Source: Euglena gracilis | Lineage: Eukaryota | Assembly (NCBI GenBank): GCA_039621445.1 | Contig: CP154954.1 | Span: 38,363,703 to 38,427,702, forward strand | Direction: 5' to 3' | Length of the DNA: 64,000 nucleotides | Part shown: one piece after another, positions 1 to 11,808 of the stretch | Layout of the letters: each line of letters starts with the position of its first letter | How positions within the stretch are numbered: position 1 is the first letter of the stretch | Position numbers and translations under genes: made by a program | Notes under the pieces: generated by a model | Database searches by the model: none | Seen by the model: the letters and a program-made list of their open reading frames with translations, nothing else | What the model was told of the DNA's origin: nothing

Positions 1-146
1 TTTGGGTGGATGTGACCCCTGGGATCAGTGTAAAGAACTTTGTGCAGTCCCCCCCTCAACACGGTCTCTTTGAAGAAGCGACAGGGTGCCAAGCCCCCCT
101 CTTCTGGTGCAAATCCCAGGCACCCCTCCCCCGCCATCTTTGGCAA

Positions 147-280
147 CGGCCTGTCGCTGCCCGGCCTGCGGAGCCGCCTGCGCCGCCAGCCGCGCCGGCT
201 GTCGCGCCAGCTGCGCTGCCAGCCGAGCTGCCGGCCGCGCCGGCCGCTGAAGCAGCAGCGGTGGCGCAACCCCAGCCAGG
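147..280 (+). CDS. Putative Ala/Pro-rich exon (RPVAARPAEPPAPPAAPAVAPAALPAELPAAPAAEAAAVAQPQP), duplicated at ~3088-3240
   Basis: GC-rich block without homopolymers, conserved between the two duplicates. Frame, strand and splice sites are not established. Confidence 0.35.
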
Positions 281-329
281 GCACATAAAACATGGCACAC
301 CAAGCGCACAACAAAATACAATTTCTTTC

Positions 330-601
330 CAGGGGTTTTTTTCATCGTGGACTCCAGGGGGGGGGGGTAGGGTGGGTGGGTGGGGCCCCGGGACCCGGGG
401 GGGGGGGCCCGCCGGAGGGGGCTGGGATGTACTTTTCAGCGCTTTTGGCGCAGAAATTTTTTGAAAAAGTGCTATTTTTTTAGCACTTTTCGCGATTTTC
501 GGCCATTTTTTTTGTGGGTCCCCCGACCCCCCCCCCCCAGGGAGGCCCCTCCAGGGGTTGGTGGGCGGGGGACCTCCCCCCGGTCTTAAGAAAAACCCCT
601 G
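330..601. mobile_element. hAT-type MITE, family A
   Basis: TIR CAGGGGTTTTT...AAAAACCCCTG; TSD tttctttc/ctcctttc (6/8). The same insertion is present in copy B at 3289-3558. Confidence 0.8.
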
Positions 602-624
602 CTCCTTTCTAAATGAATGGGGAA

Positions 625-1478
625 CAGGGAATTTCTTAAGGGCCCCCCCGGGGGGGTCCAGCCCAGACAATTGCTTAAGCACTGTCCCACCCCCCCCCCC
701 CCGGGGGGGGGGGTGACTGGTTTTTTCAGAGTGACTGACTGGTTTTGGGCCCGGACCCCCTCCCCCCCGGGGGGGGTCGGCCAGGAGTGGGCAAAAGTGG
801 CTTGAGTGACCCCAGCGCCGAAGGCGCCGGAAAATTTTTTTTGACCTAAAATGGCCTAAAGTGACTGGAAAGTGGCCGTTTTTCTGAGTGGCCGACCCCC
901 CCCGGGGGGGGGGGGTAGTGACTGGCTGGTTTTTTGAAAATGAGTGACTGACTGGTTTTTAAAAAAGTGGAGTGACCCCCTCCCCCCCCCCCCCCCCCCC
1001 GGGGGTCGGTAAGCAATTGTATGGTCCAGCCTCCGGCTGGCAAAAAAGGCTGCTGGCTGGATTTGAGCTGCTGGCTGGAACGACCCCCCCCCCGGGGGGG
1101 GGGGGGGGGGTGGGGGGTCCGGGACTGGAGGGGACTGGGCTGGGCTGGGTCGAGGAAAAACAAAATTTTCTAACACATTTTTGTCATTTTAGACGTTTTG
1201 ATGGGTGGAGCTAGATCAAGGCTGGGGGGCTGTGATGGAGGGCTGTGATGAGGAGAAAAAAAGCAAGGATAAGTGAGCTGGGCAGCCCAGTTGGCTGGCC
1301 CGCCTGCGGTTGGCTGGCCCGGCCTCCAGTTGGGCTGGACCCAGTTTTATTTTACTCGACCCCCAGGAGGGGGGCTCCCAGCCCGAATTTGGGCTGCTGG
1401 CTGGATTTGAGCTGCTGGCTGGCTGGACCCCCCCCCCCCGCGGGGGGTAGGGTACCCTCCGGCTTACAAAATTCCCTG
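625..1478. mobile_element. hAT-type MITE carrying a nested MITE
   Basis: TIR CAGGGAATTT...AAATTCCCTG; perfect TSD atggggaa (617-624/1479-1486). Copy B has the empty site with a single atggggaa (~3574-3581). Confidence 0.92.
664..1023. mobile_element. hAT-type MITE, family B (nested in 625-1478)
   Basis: TIR CAGACAATTGCTTA...TAAGCAATTGTATG; perfect TSD gtccagcc (656-663/1024-1031). Near-identical to 10672-11018. Confidence 0.92.
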
Positions 1479-1885
1479 ATGGGGAAGGAGCAAAAAAAAA
1501 GACATTCAATGCATAACACATCCCATCTGGGGCTGGGGTTGAAAATCCATTTTTTCACTGAGGGCTTTCCAAAAGAGTTGCCAGAGCCCCCTGCTTCCCT
1601 GTCCAGGAAGTTTCTTCGCGTGAGTGATGAAGAATACTCGAAAACCAATGAAATTTTTACACGCAAAGTGAAAATTCAGCTCAAAAAACAAGAGAATGTT
1701 TTTTTGGAGATAATTAAGCATGGGGCGGTGTCTCTTTGGCTCGGGGCGGCTCACGGTTTTGATTTTTTTCCTCCTCGCCAGTGAACGTTTTTTGAGCCCG
1801 CCCAGCTTTGGCTTTGGTGGGGGATTGGCAATTTTCAGGTTGGGGCGCAGCTTAAGAAAATTTGATCCCATGGGGGGTTCCAGCC

Positions 1886-2032
1886 CAGGGTTCGATATAA
1901 GGAGGGCGCCCAGGGTTCAGGTGGGGGGTGTCCCCCCCCACCCCCCTCCTGGACCACCCTGCCAAGGGGGTCCGGACCAACCCTGGGGGGTTCCGGACCC
2001 CCCCCCCCCCCCTGCCCTGAGATCGAACCCTG
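1886..2032. mobile_element. Short hAT-type MITE (duplicate at 3971-4103)
   Basis: TIR CAGGGTTCGAT...ATCGAACCCTG. The TSD is eroded (ttccagcc/ctccaccc in copy B). Confidence 0.7.
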
Positions 2033-2035
2033 GTA

Positions 2036-2131
2036 CTGTGTCGTTGACACGGCGTGTCGTTGACACCCCCCCCCCCGTGTCAACGACACTTTCCTGGAAC
2101 ATTGGCGTGTCAACGACAAGGGGGGGGGAGG
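2036..2131. mobile_element. TA-flanked palindromic MITE remnant
   Basis: GTGTCGTTGACAC x2 followed by its reverse complement x2. The right end CAAG-Gn-AGG|TA matches the end of 17741-18139. Confidence 0.55.
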
Positions 2132-2150
2132 TATCCTTCCCAGCCACAAC

Positions 2151-2359
2151 CAGGGTTTTTTTTTGTTTTGGACCCCCCGGGGGGGCAGGGTGGGTGGAGC
2201 CCCCCCCCCCCCCCCCGGGGTTCCCCCAGGGGTGAAATATACTTTTCGGAGCTGAAGGTGCTGAAACTTTTTGAGAAATGCACTGTTCTTAGCATTTTTC
2301 GCAATTTTTCGGCCCCTGGGGTGGGTGGGGGACCCCCCCCAGTCTTGATAAAAACCCTG
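2151..2359. mobile_element. hAT-type MITE, family A-related
   Basis: CAGGGTTTTT...AAAAACCCTG with internal similarity to 14674-14939. No recognisable TSD. Confidence 0.65.
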
Positions 2360-2625
2360 ATCCCGACCTCACCCCAGTGAGGGACCAGTTTTTGGCCCCC
2401 CTCTGCCAGAAAATTTTTTACAGTTTTTTTCACAGTTGTGGTCTATTTCTATGTGGATTCCAGAGTGGCTGACTGGTTTCAAAATAAATCTGATTGACTG
2501 GTTATTGGGTGGACGTGGCCCGTGGGATCAGTTTTAAAAAAGTTTGTTCAGTCCACCCCTCCACAGGGTTTCCTTGAAGAAGCGACAGGGTGCCAAGCTC
2601 CCCCTCTTCTGGTGGAAGTCCCAGA

Positions 2626-3046
2626 CAGACTTTCAGTTAGTGCGCCGCACAAAATTTTTTTCTGTGCGCCGCAAGCGCCGCAGGAAAATTTTGACCATGC
2701 GCCGCAAGCGCCGCAGCAAAAAATCCACCATGCGCCGCATGCGCCGCAGCAAAAAAATTCCGAGCGCCGCAAGCGCCACAGCAACATTTTTTTGATAACA
2801 GTGAGGCTGGTGCTACCATGGTGAAGCACAGCTTTGCCCAAAGCCTGGGTGTGAGAGCGCCTTTGTGGTTCAAAGTGCACCACAATAAAATTTCAGGAAA
2901 AAATTGTGTACGCCCCAAGCGCCGCAGCAAAAAAAAATTTTGCGCCGCAAGCACCGCAGCAAAACTTTGTCCATGCGCTGCATGCGCCGCAGAAAAAAAT
3001 TTGTGCGCCGCACAGAACTTCCTGAAGCACACTAACTGAAAGTCTG
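2626..3046. mobile_element. hAT-type MITE with internal GCGCCGCA(A/T)GCGCCGCA repeats
   Basis: Perfect 17-bp TIR CAGACTTTCAGTTAGTG; perfect TSD gtcccaga (2618-2625/3047-3054). Absent from copy A (~112-120). Confidence 0.95.
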
Positions 3047-3288
3047 GTCCCAGACCAAATCCCACCCCACCCCCTCCATCTTTGGCAACGGCCTGTCGCT
3101 GCCCGGCGTGCGGAACCGCCTGCGCCGCCAGCCGCGCCGGCTGTCGCGCCAGCCGCGCCGCCGGCCGAGCCGCCGGCTGCGCCGGAGCCGCCGGCCGCGC
3201 CGGCCGCTGAAGCAGCAGCGGTGGCGCAACCCCAGCCAGGGCACATAGCACAAAACAAAATACGACTTCTGTCTTCTATCCTCCTTTC

Positions 3289-3558
3289 CAGGGGTTTTTT
3301 TTAAGCCGTGGACCCTTGGGGGGGGTAGGGGGGGTGGGTCCGGCTGAGCCCCCCCTGGGGGGGGGTCCCCCCGGAGGGGAACGGGATGTACTTTTGGGTG
3401 CCTTTGGCGCCGAAAATTTTGAAAAAGTGCCATTGTTAGCACTGTTCGCGATTCTTCGGCAAGTTCCCTGGGACGCCCCCCCCCCCCCCCCCCCCCGGGG
3501 GCACCCCCAGGTGGGTGGGAAGGGGGACCCCCCCTCCCCGGTCATAAAAATCCACCTG
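3289..3558. mobile_element. hAT-type MITE, family A
   Basis: CAGGGGTTTTT...CCTG; TSD ctcctttc/ctcccttc (7/8). Confidence 0.82.
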
Positions 3559-5579
3559 CTCCCTTCCAAATGGATGGGGAAGGAGCAACAATCGCATTCA
3601 ATGCATAACACAGCCCATCTGGGGCTGGGGTCGAAATCCATTTTCCTGTCAAGCGTTTTTCAAAAGAGTTGCTAGAATCCCCTGCTTTCCTGTCCAGGAA
3701 GTTTCTTCCCGTGGGTGATAAAGAATACTTGAAAACAAATAAAAATTTACATGCAAAGAAAATTCAGGTTAAAAAAATAGGAGAATATGTTTTTGGAGAT
3801 ATTAAGCATTTTTTGGGGGGTCTCTCTTTGGTCTCTTTGGCTCGGGGCGGTTCACGGGTTTGATTTTTTTTTCCTTTTCGCTGCCCAGCTTTGGCTTTGG
3901 TGGGGGGTTGGCAATTTTCAGGTTAGGGCGCAGCTTAAGAAAATTTGATCCCATTGGGGGGGTTCCAGCCCAGGGTTTGATATGAGGAGGGTGCACAGGG
4001 TTCAGGTGGGGGGGTGTCCCCCCTCCTGGAACACCCTGCCAAGGGGGGCCCGGATCAAGTTCCCGGGACCCCCCACCCCCAGCTGCCCTGAGATCGAACC
4101 TGGCTCCACCCAGCCAGCAGCCTTTTCCCAGCCAAGCCAGTTTTCCAGCCTCTGAGACCCCCGATCCTCAAGCTACCCCCTGGCCCAGGGAGATGCAACG
4201 GCGCATGGCGCTGTGCCCTGCGCACGGCCCAACGCCCTGAAAAGGGCGTGGCGGAAGCTGAAGCACAAGCTGCACCGGTGAACGCCGTGAGGCTGAGCAG
4301 CACGGTGCACGCAGGACCACAGGTCGATGGCCAGGGCGGAATGGGAATCCCGGAACCCCAATGAGAGTGGGGATGGGGGGGGGGAGGTTGACCCCCCAGC
4401 CTTTCCCAGGTTTCCACAGGCGCCAATTCTCGAGGTCGTTCCATTCGCTGAGCAGTCCAGCCAGCAACAAAGCCGGCTGGACCTTTTTTTCCCGATGCAT
4501 TGCGCCAGGACGTGTTTGCTCAAAAATGCCAAAAATGGCGTTTTTCGAGAGATTTTGGGGGTTCCTTGCCTCCAGATTTTGCCTGCCAAATGCCAACCTG
4601 ACTGGATTTGGTTTTTTTTTGCCTGTTTGGGGCATGACCTGGCCCAGCTGTCTGCTGGCTGGGCTCCTGGACACCGGGGTCCAGTCCTTGAAAAGCAAAC
4701 GTGCCCACATGGCTTTCCTTGTGCAGCCCTGTGGTTGATCCAGCGTTGTTGCCCACGCGCAGGTCCACCCACCCAAGGATTGTAATACATTGCATTACAA
4801 ATTTGTCCACCTTGCAAACATGCACTCAAAGACACTGACGTTTGCACACAAAAGATGCAAGAATGCACAATATGCACACCGATGGACATTGAGATAGAGA
4901 TAGATGGGCACACAGTGTAAAATATGCATTATATTTCACCTGCGCACACCACATATATGCATGCACATGTTTGCATATTGGTCAAATTATCAATTTTTGT
5001 TTCCTGAGAATGACCCTGCTTGCAATCCTTGGTTCAATCCGATCGGACTGTCTATCGATCAGACTGTGGGGCTGGCACCCAGTGTGCCCATGGGCGTGGT
5101 GGAGGAGCAGAATGGGGGGAACAACACCCCCCCCCCCCTGTGGCACAAAGTGGGGCCCATACCTGGGGAATGGCGGGGGGGGATGGGGGTATGGAGTTTG
5201 GGGGGGGGGGGTTTGGGGACGTTTTTTTATGAGGTTTATGGCCCCCGGACACACAAACAGTTTCATACGACGCGCGATTTGCCCGCAAAAAAGTCGGTAA
5301 ACAAAGATGAGGTTTATTTTTGTTGCTGGGTCCGCCCCCCCCCCTGCCCCCCAGCACCGGAACAGTTGCATACGTCACACGGGCATTTTTTGGCTCAAAC
5401 AGGTTTTTCGGGTTTGGGAGGCAAAAAAGATATGGTTTTCGGACACAATTTTTTGGATTTTTTGACTTTTTTTTGCCCCTTTTTGATTCAAACACCGAAA
5501 AGCACTTAATTTCAATGCGAAAACAGGTTTTATGGGTCCGGGAGGCCCAAAAAACATGGTTTCAGGCAAAAAAATTTGG

Positions 5580-5645
5580 GGGGATGGGGGGTATGGGGTA
5601 TGTATGGGGTACGGGGGGGGTATGGGGGGTATGGGGTATGGGGGG
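5580..5645. repeat. (TATGGGG)n-like G-rich microsatellite
   Basis: Repeated ggggtat / ggggtac units are read directly from the sequence. Confidence 0.7.
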
Positions 5646-5767
5646 AGCATTGGGGCTCCACTTTGTGCTATAATTCCCCCCGTGGCTGGGTACTCCCTGG
5701 AGGGTTGAGTTTTGACTGAATTCTCTTGTTGATTTTTCCCCTTTGGTGAAGAAACTGAGTTTGGAAT

Positions 5768-6011
5768 CAGGTTTGTGCAAAGTTGGGTGCCTGCCCTCCC
5801 CCACGGGGGGGGGGCACCCGACCGACCCCCCCCCCCCCCGGGGGTGGAGGTAGGGGTTTTCGGGGGTGCCCACAGCTGGCACCCCCCTCCGACCCTGGTG
5901 CTGAAGGTGCCGGGGGCCCGGAAGAGGCCACTTTTCAATGAAAAATTTTTGGGTCCCCCCGGACCCTGGGGGGGGGGGCACCTTCTGGCACCCACCGTAA
6001 GCACAAGCCTG
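5768..6011. mobile_element. hAT-type MITE, family C
   Basis: CAGGTTTGTGC...GCACAAGCCTG; TSD tttggaat/tttgggat (7/8). Related to 21868-22168 (internally reversed) and to 7540-7690. Confidence 0.85.
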
Positions 6012-7197
6012 TTTGGGATGCCACAAAAAAATATAACCGCTTTCAAGGCCCATGAAAGCCTGCACACATTCTGCACACATTGCAGGAAGAAAAGCAGTCG
6101 CAGGGGAAATTCGGCGTTTGGGAAGGCTGGGGTTTGGCCAATTACCACGTTCCCCCCATATGAGGCCCCGGAAGCCAACAACCCGGGGGGGTCTTATATG
6201 GGGGGCCTTGGTATTTGTTTGTTTCATCTTTGGCCATTGACGCAAACTCGTCTCTCGCGGTGATTAACCAGCCAGCTCCCCCCCCCCCACCTCTGTGCCC
6301 AGACCAGAACTGGAATGGCCTGGCCTTTTTTTGGGGTGGGAGGGTCCCCTTGTCCCCACATTGTGCCCCTCCTCATGTCCAACGATATTGTCTCCCCCCA
6401 ATCAGGTCAGGGGGCACCTTTTCGAACATTTGGCCAGATTTTTGGCCCGACGCAAAGTTCTGGGCCGAATAAGTTTGAGCCCAGAATCCACCAAGGATTG
6501 ATCAAAGTGCTAATTTTTTTGGTTTTTTTGCCCAAAAATTTCCCTGTCTCACCAATTTGCCCCCATCCCGTCTCATTCATGCTTCATGTTCCAAAGCGCC
6601 GAAAGGAAAAATTCGTCAATTGGGGTTGGGTGGCAGGTGGTAGTTGAATATTTCGCTTTACAAATTTGCCCCGGCACGTTTGGTGCCATGGTCTGAATTT
6701 TGTGAATCGCCGCAGACCTGTGCATGTGCATGGGTGGGAGGGTTGCAATCCCCAGGTTCCCTGTTCTGGCCTGGCCATGCCACGGGCTGACTGTGATGCA
6801 ATGCACCTCCGATTTGAGAAGCTTTTTTTTGGTTGGATTGGGGGGCAGGGTGGGCACCCCCCCCCCCCGGAGTGCCCCTCATTTTTGGCTCCGCAAAATT
6901 GCACCAAGCCAGCTCCCCCAACCCCCCTCCCCCCGGCAGCAGGTGCCAACTCTCCCACCTCCCCTGAATCCTGACTCAAATCCCAAGCCGGAACACTCCA
7001 AAACCTCCCCAGCAAAGGAGCGAACCGTGCACCCAACTTCAAACGCGGTGGATTTTTTCGGCAATGCCACAGGGACACCGCAGGGACACCTGAAACCCCG
7101 TGCTTCCCGTGGGGGGGGGCAAAAATGCGCAATGGACCTGCACTCCGATTGCTGTCCTCCCTGAATGGTGATGCATCACATCACAGCCAACCAGCCC

Positions 7198-7749
7198 CAG
7201 GGTTGTATGGGAAGCTCCGCAGACATGAGGTAAACCCTCCCCCTAAATATTCCCCCCTCCAAATAATCCCCCCCCCCCAAATAATAGTCCTTGGGGTCCG
7301 ACTTCGCCCCCCCCCCCCAATCTCGGGCCGACCCGGATTTTTTTTGACTGAAAAATTGGGTAAAAATCACAATCTCTAACAACAAATTACAAAAAAAAAT
7401 CGAAACCAAAGGGGGATTTGGTGCTAATTTGGGTCTTACGGAACTTCGAAAAATTTTGAAAATTTTGGGGTGCAACCCCCCCCCCCAAATAATGCCCCCT
7501 CCCCCCTCGGGCCGGGACTTCGGGCGAAAAAATAATCCCTGGTGCTGAAAGCGCCAGGGGCCCGGAAGAGGCCATTTTCAATGAAAATTTTCTGGGCCCC
7601 TCAAGACCCAGAGGGGGGGGTGCCCACTGGGGGCAGGCACCCTGTAGCACCCACCCTCCTCCCCCCCCTCCCGGTCGGTAAGCACAAGCAGTCCCCCCAC
7701 CCCCCAGTTTTTGGAAGGGGTCCCCCCCAGAGATTCCCATACAAGCCTG
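7198..7749. mobile_element. Composite hAT-type MITE
   Basis: TIR CAGGGTTGTATGGGAA / TTCCCATACAAGCCTG (15/16). No clear TSD. Contains a family C fragment. Confidence 0.65.
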
Positions 7750-7789
7750 CCCCCCACCCCCCACCCACCCCCCCACCACCACCAGGGCC

Positions 7790-8030
7790 ATGGGCACCAA
7801 GTGGTGCTGGCCCCCAGCGTGGCTGTGCGCCCTGATCCGGCGGCCGGACGACGCTGCCTCCGCCGACTGCCGTGGCCAACGCCGCCGCTGGACATCTCGC
7901 CCTTGGCCAACGCCTCCGACGCCTGCGCCACAGCATCGCCCACAGCTCCGCCGCCGACCACAGCGTCGCCCACCGGACATCTCGCCCTGCAGCCTTCAGT
8001 GCCCCCACCCCGGTTCCCCAGTTTCAGCCA
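7790..8030 (+). CDS. Putative low-complexity GC-rich exon
   Basis: Composition resembles the supported exons near 52-54 kb. Frame and strand are unresolved. Confidence 0.25.
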
Positions 8031-8922
8031 GGCCACTGTTTTTTCCCCCTTTGCTCAAAGGACTCGGCGGTCCTGGGAGGGGGTTGCTGGGGTTGGAACC
8101 AGGGCGTCGCTGAAACCGAAGGCCCCACCCCCAGGGACAGATGGGAAGCAGGCTGACTTTCTAAGGCGGTGCCGACCCCACCCTCGGCCCGGGCAGGCAC
8201 CTTGAGGCAAAACTGCCTGGGCACTTGGCCAAGGCCCTTCCAGTGCCTCAGGCGCCGGATGCCCAGAAAAACCCATTGTTGGGCGCTTTTTGGTCCACGG
8301 CCATGCAGGCACCGACCCCGGGGGGGGGGGGGGGCTGTCTGCCCAGGCACTCCACGGCACTCCGAGGCCCCCCTTCCCCCCCCCCAGGGTTGGGATTTCA
8401 GGCTGAATCCCATCCTGTCGGCATTAAGGAAGGTGGTGGGGAGCTGGATGTTGGGATGGGAGGGTCCGGACCTCCCTGCTCCCCTCCTCGGCAAGTCCCA
8501 AATCGGGTTTGTTTGCTTCTGATGGCAAATCTGCGGTCAAAGTTCCATTTTTGCAATTGACTGGCAATTTTTGATTGTGGTAATTGACAGTTTGTTGGAC
8601 ATTTTGGTGTTTCGATTATTTTTTGTTACCCGGTTCGACCCCAGGTTGGGCTCCAGCTGATGGGCCGCCATGGGAAGGTCAGTCAGCAGCCTTTTTCCAG
8701 CCAGCCCGAATGAACTCGACCCCCCCCCCAAGGTCGCTAAGCGACGCCCTGCTTTTCCCAGAAATGCTGGCACACACACACACACAGTGGTAGAGAATTG
8801 GCCAATGCTCTGTGCAGTTTTTGTTGTTGTTTTTGGTGGGTCTCTGGCAGGGTGCCGAGTGAGTTGGTTTTGTGTGCAGGGGGGGAGGGGTGCAGACCAT
8901 CCCCACCCTTCTGTCTCAAGAT

Positions 8923-9379
8923 CAGGGAAGGATGGGAAGCCCTTCGGTATTGAGGCGGTTTTGGGGGGGGGGGGGGGGGGTCCGGACCCCCCCCCCCCCC
9001 CCTAGATGTTGGGAGGGGGGTCCGGCCCCCCCACCCCCCCCTCCTTGACGGGTGCCAAAAATAGCAGAAAATTTTCTTCCGGCGCTGTGCGCCGGAAAAT
9101 GAGCAAAAAACACCCCTTTTGCTCACTTTTGGACATATTGCCCATTTTTTGATGTGTTGGTGTTTCCCCCCCAAAAAATGTTCAAAAAAATTCAAAAAAT
9201 GAGCATTTTTGGGTCGATTTTCAAAGAAAAATCAGGGATTTTTGACCAATTTCGACCCTTTTTCTGGCCCTTTGTCCGTCCATGAAATCGAAAAATTTTC
9301 CGCCCCCCCTCAGTTTCGAGGTAGGAGGGGGGGGTCCGACCCACCCTCCCCCCCCTTCAAGGCTTCCCATCCTTCCCTG
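8923..9379. mobile_element. hAT-type MITE
   Basis: Perfect 19-bp TIR CAGGGAAGGATGGGAAGCC; TSD ctcaagat/ctcaaggt (7/8). Confidence 0.92.
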
Positions 9380-9959
9380 CTCAAGGTGTTCTGCACCCCC
9401 GTCCAACCCCCAGGGGGGGTTGCCATGGGTGGACTTGCAACCAGGACCAGAAACACCTTCAGAAAATTTAACCTCCTCCGGGGGCCAACCTGCCAGCAGC
9501 CCTTTTCCCTCCAGGGACCCCTAGGGGGGTGGAAGGGGTCAGCCAGCCCTAATTTTCCGGCTTCTGAGCTGGATCCCCTGGGGGGTCATTTAAAAAAACG
9601 CTCTGTTTGCGACCCAAAAATTTTTTCCCCTGACATTTGCATTGAAAAACATGTTTTTTATGGTCTTTTATGTTTTCATCCCCCAAAAAAGAAAAGCACT
9701 AAAATACCCGTCGTGGGACGAAGCCCAAAAAGCCCAAATCTGAAACCGCGATTTTGGGGATACTCCAAATCTCAAAAAGATCTGGCGCTTTCCATAAAAC
9801 CCTGGCTGTGTTTGCAGAAGAAAACGGGCCTGCCTGTGAGTGAGCCCGCTGCATCACCATCCCCAACGCTGCCGCTGCCGCTGCCGCTGCTCCGCCACCG
9901 ACTGCATGGCCACAGCCCACAGCCCTCACCACAACCACCCACACCACCCACCCCACCCC

Positions 9960-11130
9960 CACCTGCCCCGGCCACCCTGGGCCCCAACCCCCACAGCGTC
10001 CCCGGCAACCCCGGGGCCGTGTCGGATGACCTCGCTTGGCCTCGGCTCGCCCTGGCCGAGCGAGGGTTCCCGGCGCGGCACCGGGGAAGCTACCCCGCAG
10101 CCCCGCCTCAGCCCCCGCAGCGTACCCGGCCCCCCTGGGCCCCGACCCCCACAGCCACCCTGGCCACAGCCCCCGCAGCGTACCCGGCCACCCTGGGCCC
10201 CTACCAGACCATTGCTTAACACCTGTCCCACCCCACCCCCCGGGGGGGGGGGGTTGACTGACTGGTTTTTTCAGGGTGACTGACTGATTTTTCCGAAGGC
10301 ACTGGAGAAAATTTTGGCCAAAAATGGTCTTGACAGGCCAAAAAGTGACTGGTTTTCCTGAGTGGCTGACCCCCCCGGGGGGGGGGTAAAGTGACTGACT
10401 GGCTTGGCTGAAAAAAGAGACTGACTGGTTTTTTCGGAGTGGAAAGTGACCCCCCTCCCCCCCGGGGGTCGCTAAGCAATGGTATGGCCCCAACCCCCAC
10501 AGCGTCCGTGGCAACCCCGGGGCCGTGTCGGATGACCTCGCTTGGCCTCGGCTCGCCCTGGCCGAGCGAGGGTTCCCGGCGCGGCACCGGGGAAGCTACC
10601 CCGCAGCCCCGCCTCAGCCCCCGCAGCGTACCCGGCCCCCCTGGGCCCCGACCACCGCAGTGACCCCGGCCCAGGCAATTGCTTAAGCACTGTCCCACCC
10701 CCACCCCCGGGGGTGGGTGACTGGTTTTTTTCAGGGTGACTGACTGGTTTTGGGCCCGGACCCCCTCCCCCCCCCGGGGGGGGGTCGGCCAGGAGTGGGC
10801 GAAAGTGGCTTGAGTGACCCCGGCGCCAAAGGCGCCGGAAAATTTTTTTTGGCCTAAAATGGCCTAAAGTGACTGGAAAGTGGTCGTTTTTCTGAGTGGC
10901 CGACTCCCTCCCCCGGGGGGGGGTAGTGACTGGCTGGTTTTTTGAAAATGAGTGATTGACTGGTTTTTAAAAAAGTGGAGTGACCCCCCCCCCCGGGGGG
11001 TCGGTAAGCAATTGTATGCCCCGGCCACAGCCCCCGGCCACCCTGGGCCCCCTTATCCTCCGCCATTCTGGGCCCCAGTCCCTATGGCCCCGGCACTTCT
11101 GGGATTCCTGGCCAACTGCGACGCACGATG
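9960..11130 (+). CDS. Putative Pro-rich internally repeated coding region split by two MITEs
   Basis: Removing each MITE plus one TSD gives a continuous frame: ...PATLGPNPHSVPGNPGAVSDDLAWPRLALAERGF...YPATLGP|..HSVRGNPGAVSDD...PTTAVTPA|TAPGHPGPPYPPPFWAP. The other two + frames hit stops. Confidence 0.4.
10205..10486. mobile_element. hAT-type MITE, family B-related
   Basis: CAGACCATTGCTTA...TAAGCAATGGTATG; TSD gcccctac/gccccaac (7/8). The empty site gccccaac is in the upstream repeat unit (~9981). Confidence 0.9.
10672..11018. mobile_element. hAT-type MITE, family B
   Basis: CAGGCAATTGCTTA...TAAGCAATTGTATG; perfect TSD ccccggcc. Confidence 0.92.
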
Positions 11131-11375
11131 GTGTGTGTCTGTCCTGGTCAAATTTTTGTGTTGATTGCCCTCTTTGATACTTGTTTTGTGTCTTCCTTTG
11201 GTTTTGAGAATGGGAGTCTGATGCTTTTTTTGCTCTCTTCGCACAATGTGGGTTGCAGGTTGCAGGCATCCCCCCCCTGTGTCCAACAAACCCCCCATGT
11301 CCAATAACCCCCCCAGGCGAGGACGCTTTTTCAGAGGGTTGGCCGAAATTTTGGCATGGCGCAAAGCACCCCAAG

Positions 11376-11808
11376 CAAGCATTTGCTTAAGGGATTGCAG
11401 TACCCCCCCCCCCCCCCCGGGGGGGCTGGACTGCAGCCAGTCCAAATTTGGCTAGTGGGATTTCTAGCAGACCCCCCGGGGGGGGGGTTTGCTAGCAGGG
11501 CTAGCCAGTGGACAAAAAATTCCCAGTGACCGGCGCAAAGCGCCGGAAATTTTTTTGGAACCCCCAAAAATGGCCAAAAAAATGGCCATTTTTGGGAATT
11601 TTTGGAACAAAATCAGCCAAAGACCTCTTAAAAACCTCATTTCCACCTCGGCGCGCAGCGCCGGAGGAAAACTTTTTCCCAGTCGGGGTGACCCCCGGAC
11701 CCCTTCCCCCCCGGGGGAGGGGGGGGTCTAGCTAGTCCATTTTTTTCCAGTGTCCAGCCGATTGGCTAGCCAGTACCCCCCCCCCCGGGGTCCTTAAGCA
11801 AAAGCCTG
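11376..11808. mobile_element. hAT-type MITE, family D (same family as the PDZ-splitting element)
   Basis: CAAGCATTTGCTTAAGG...CCTTAAGCAAAAGCCTG. Shares 'ggggggctggactgcagc..gtccaaatttggct' and 'ggggtctagct' with 54033-54340. TSD eroded. Confidence 0.85.

Larger units (their letters stand above)
1..4103. repeat. Tandem segmental duplication (copy A ~1-2032, copy B ~2505-4103) with different MITE insertions in each copy
   Basis: Colinear blocks recur in the same order: 'ttgggtgga.gtg.ccc.tgggatcagt' (2/2505), the Ala/Pro GC block (~135-280/~3077-3240), 'cattcaatgcataacaca' (1503/3595) and 'gcttaagaaaatttgatccca' (1850/3933). Confidence 0.9.
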
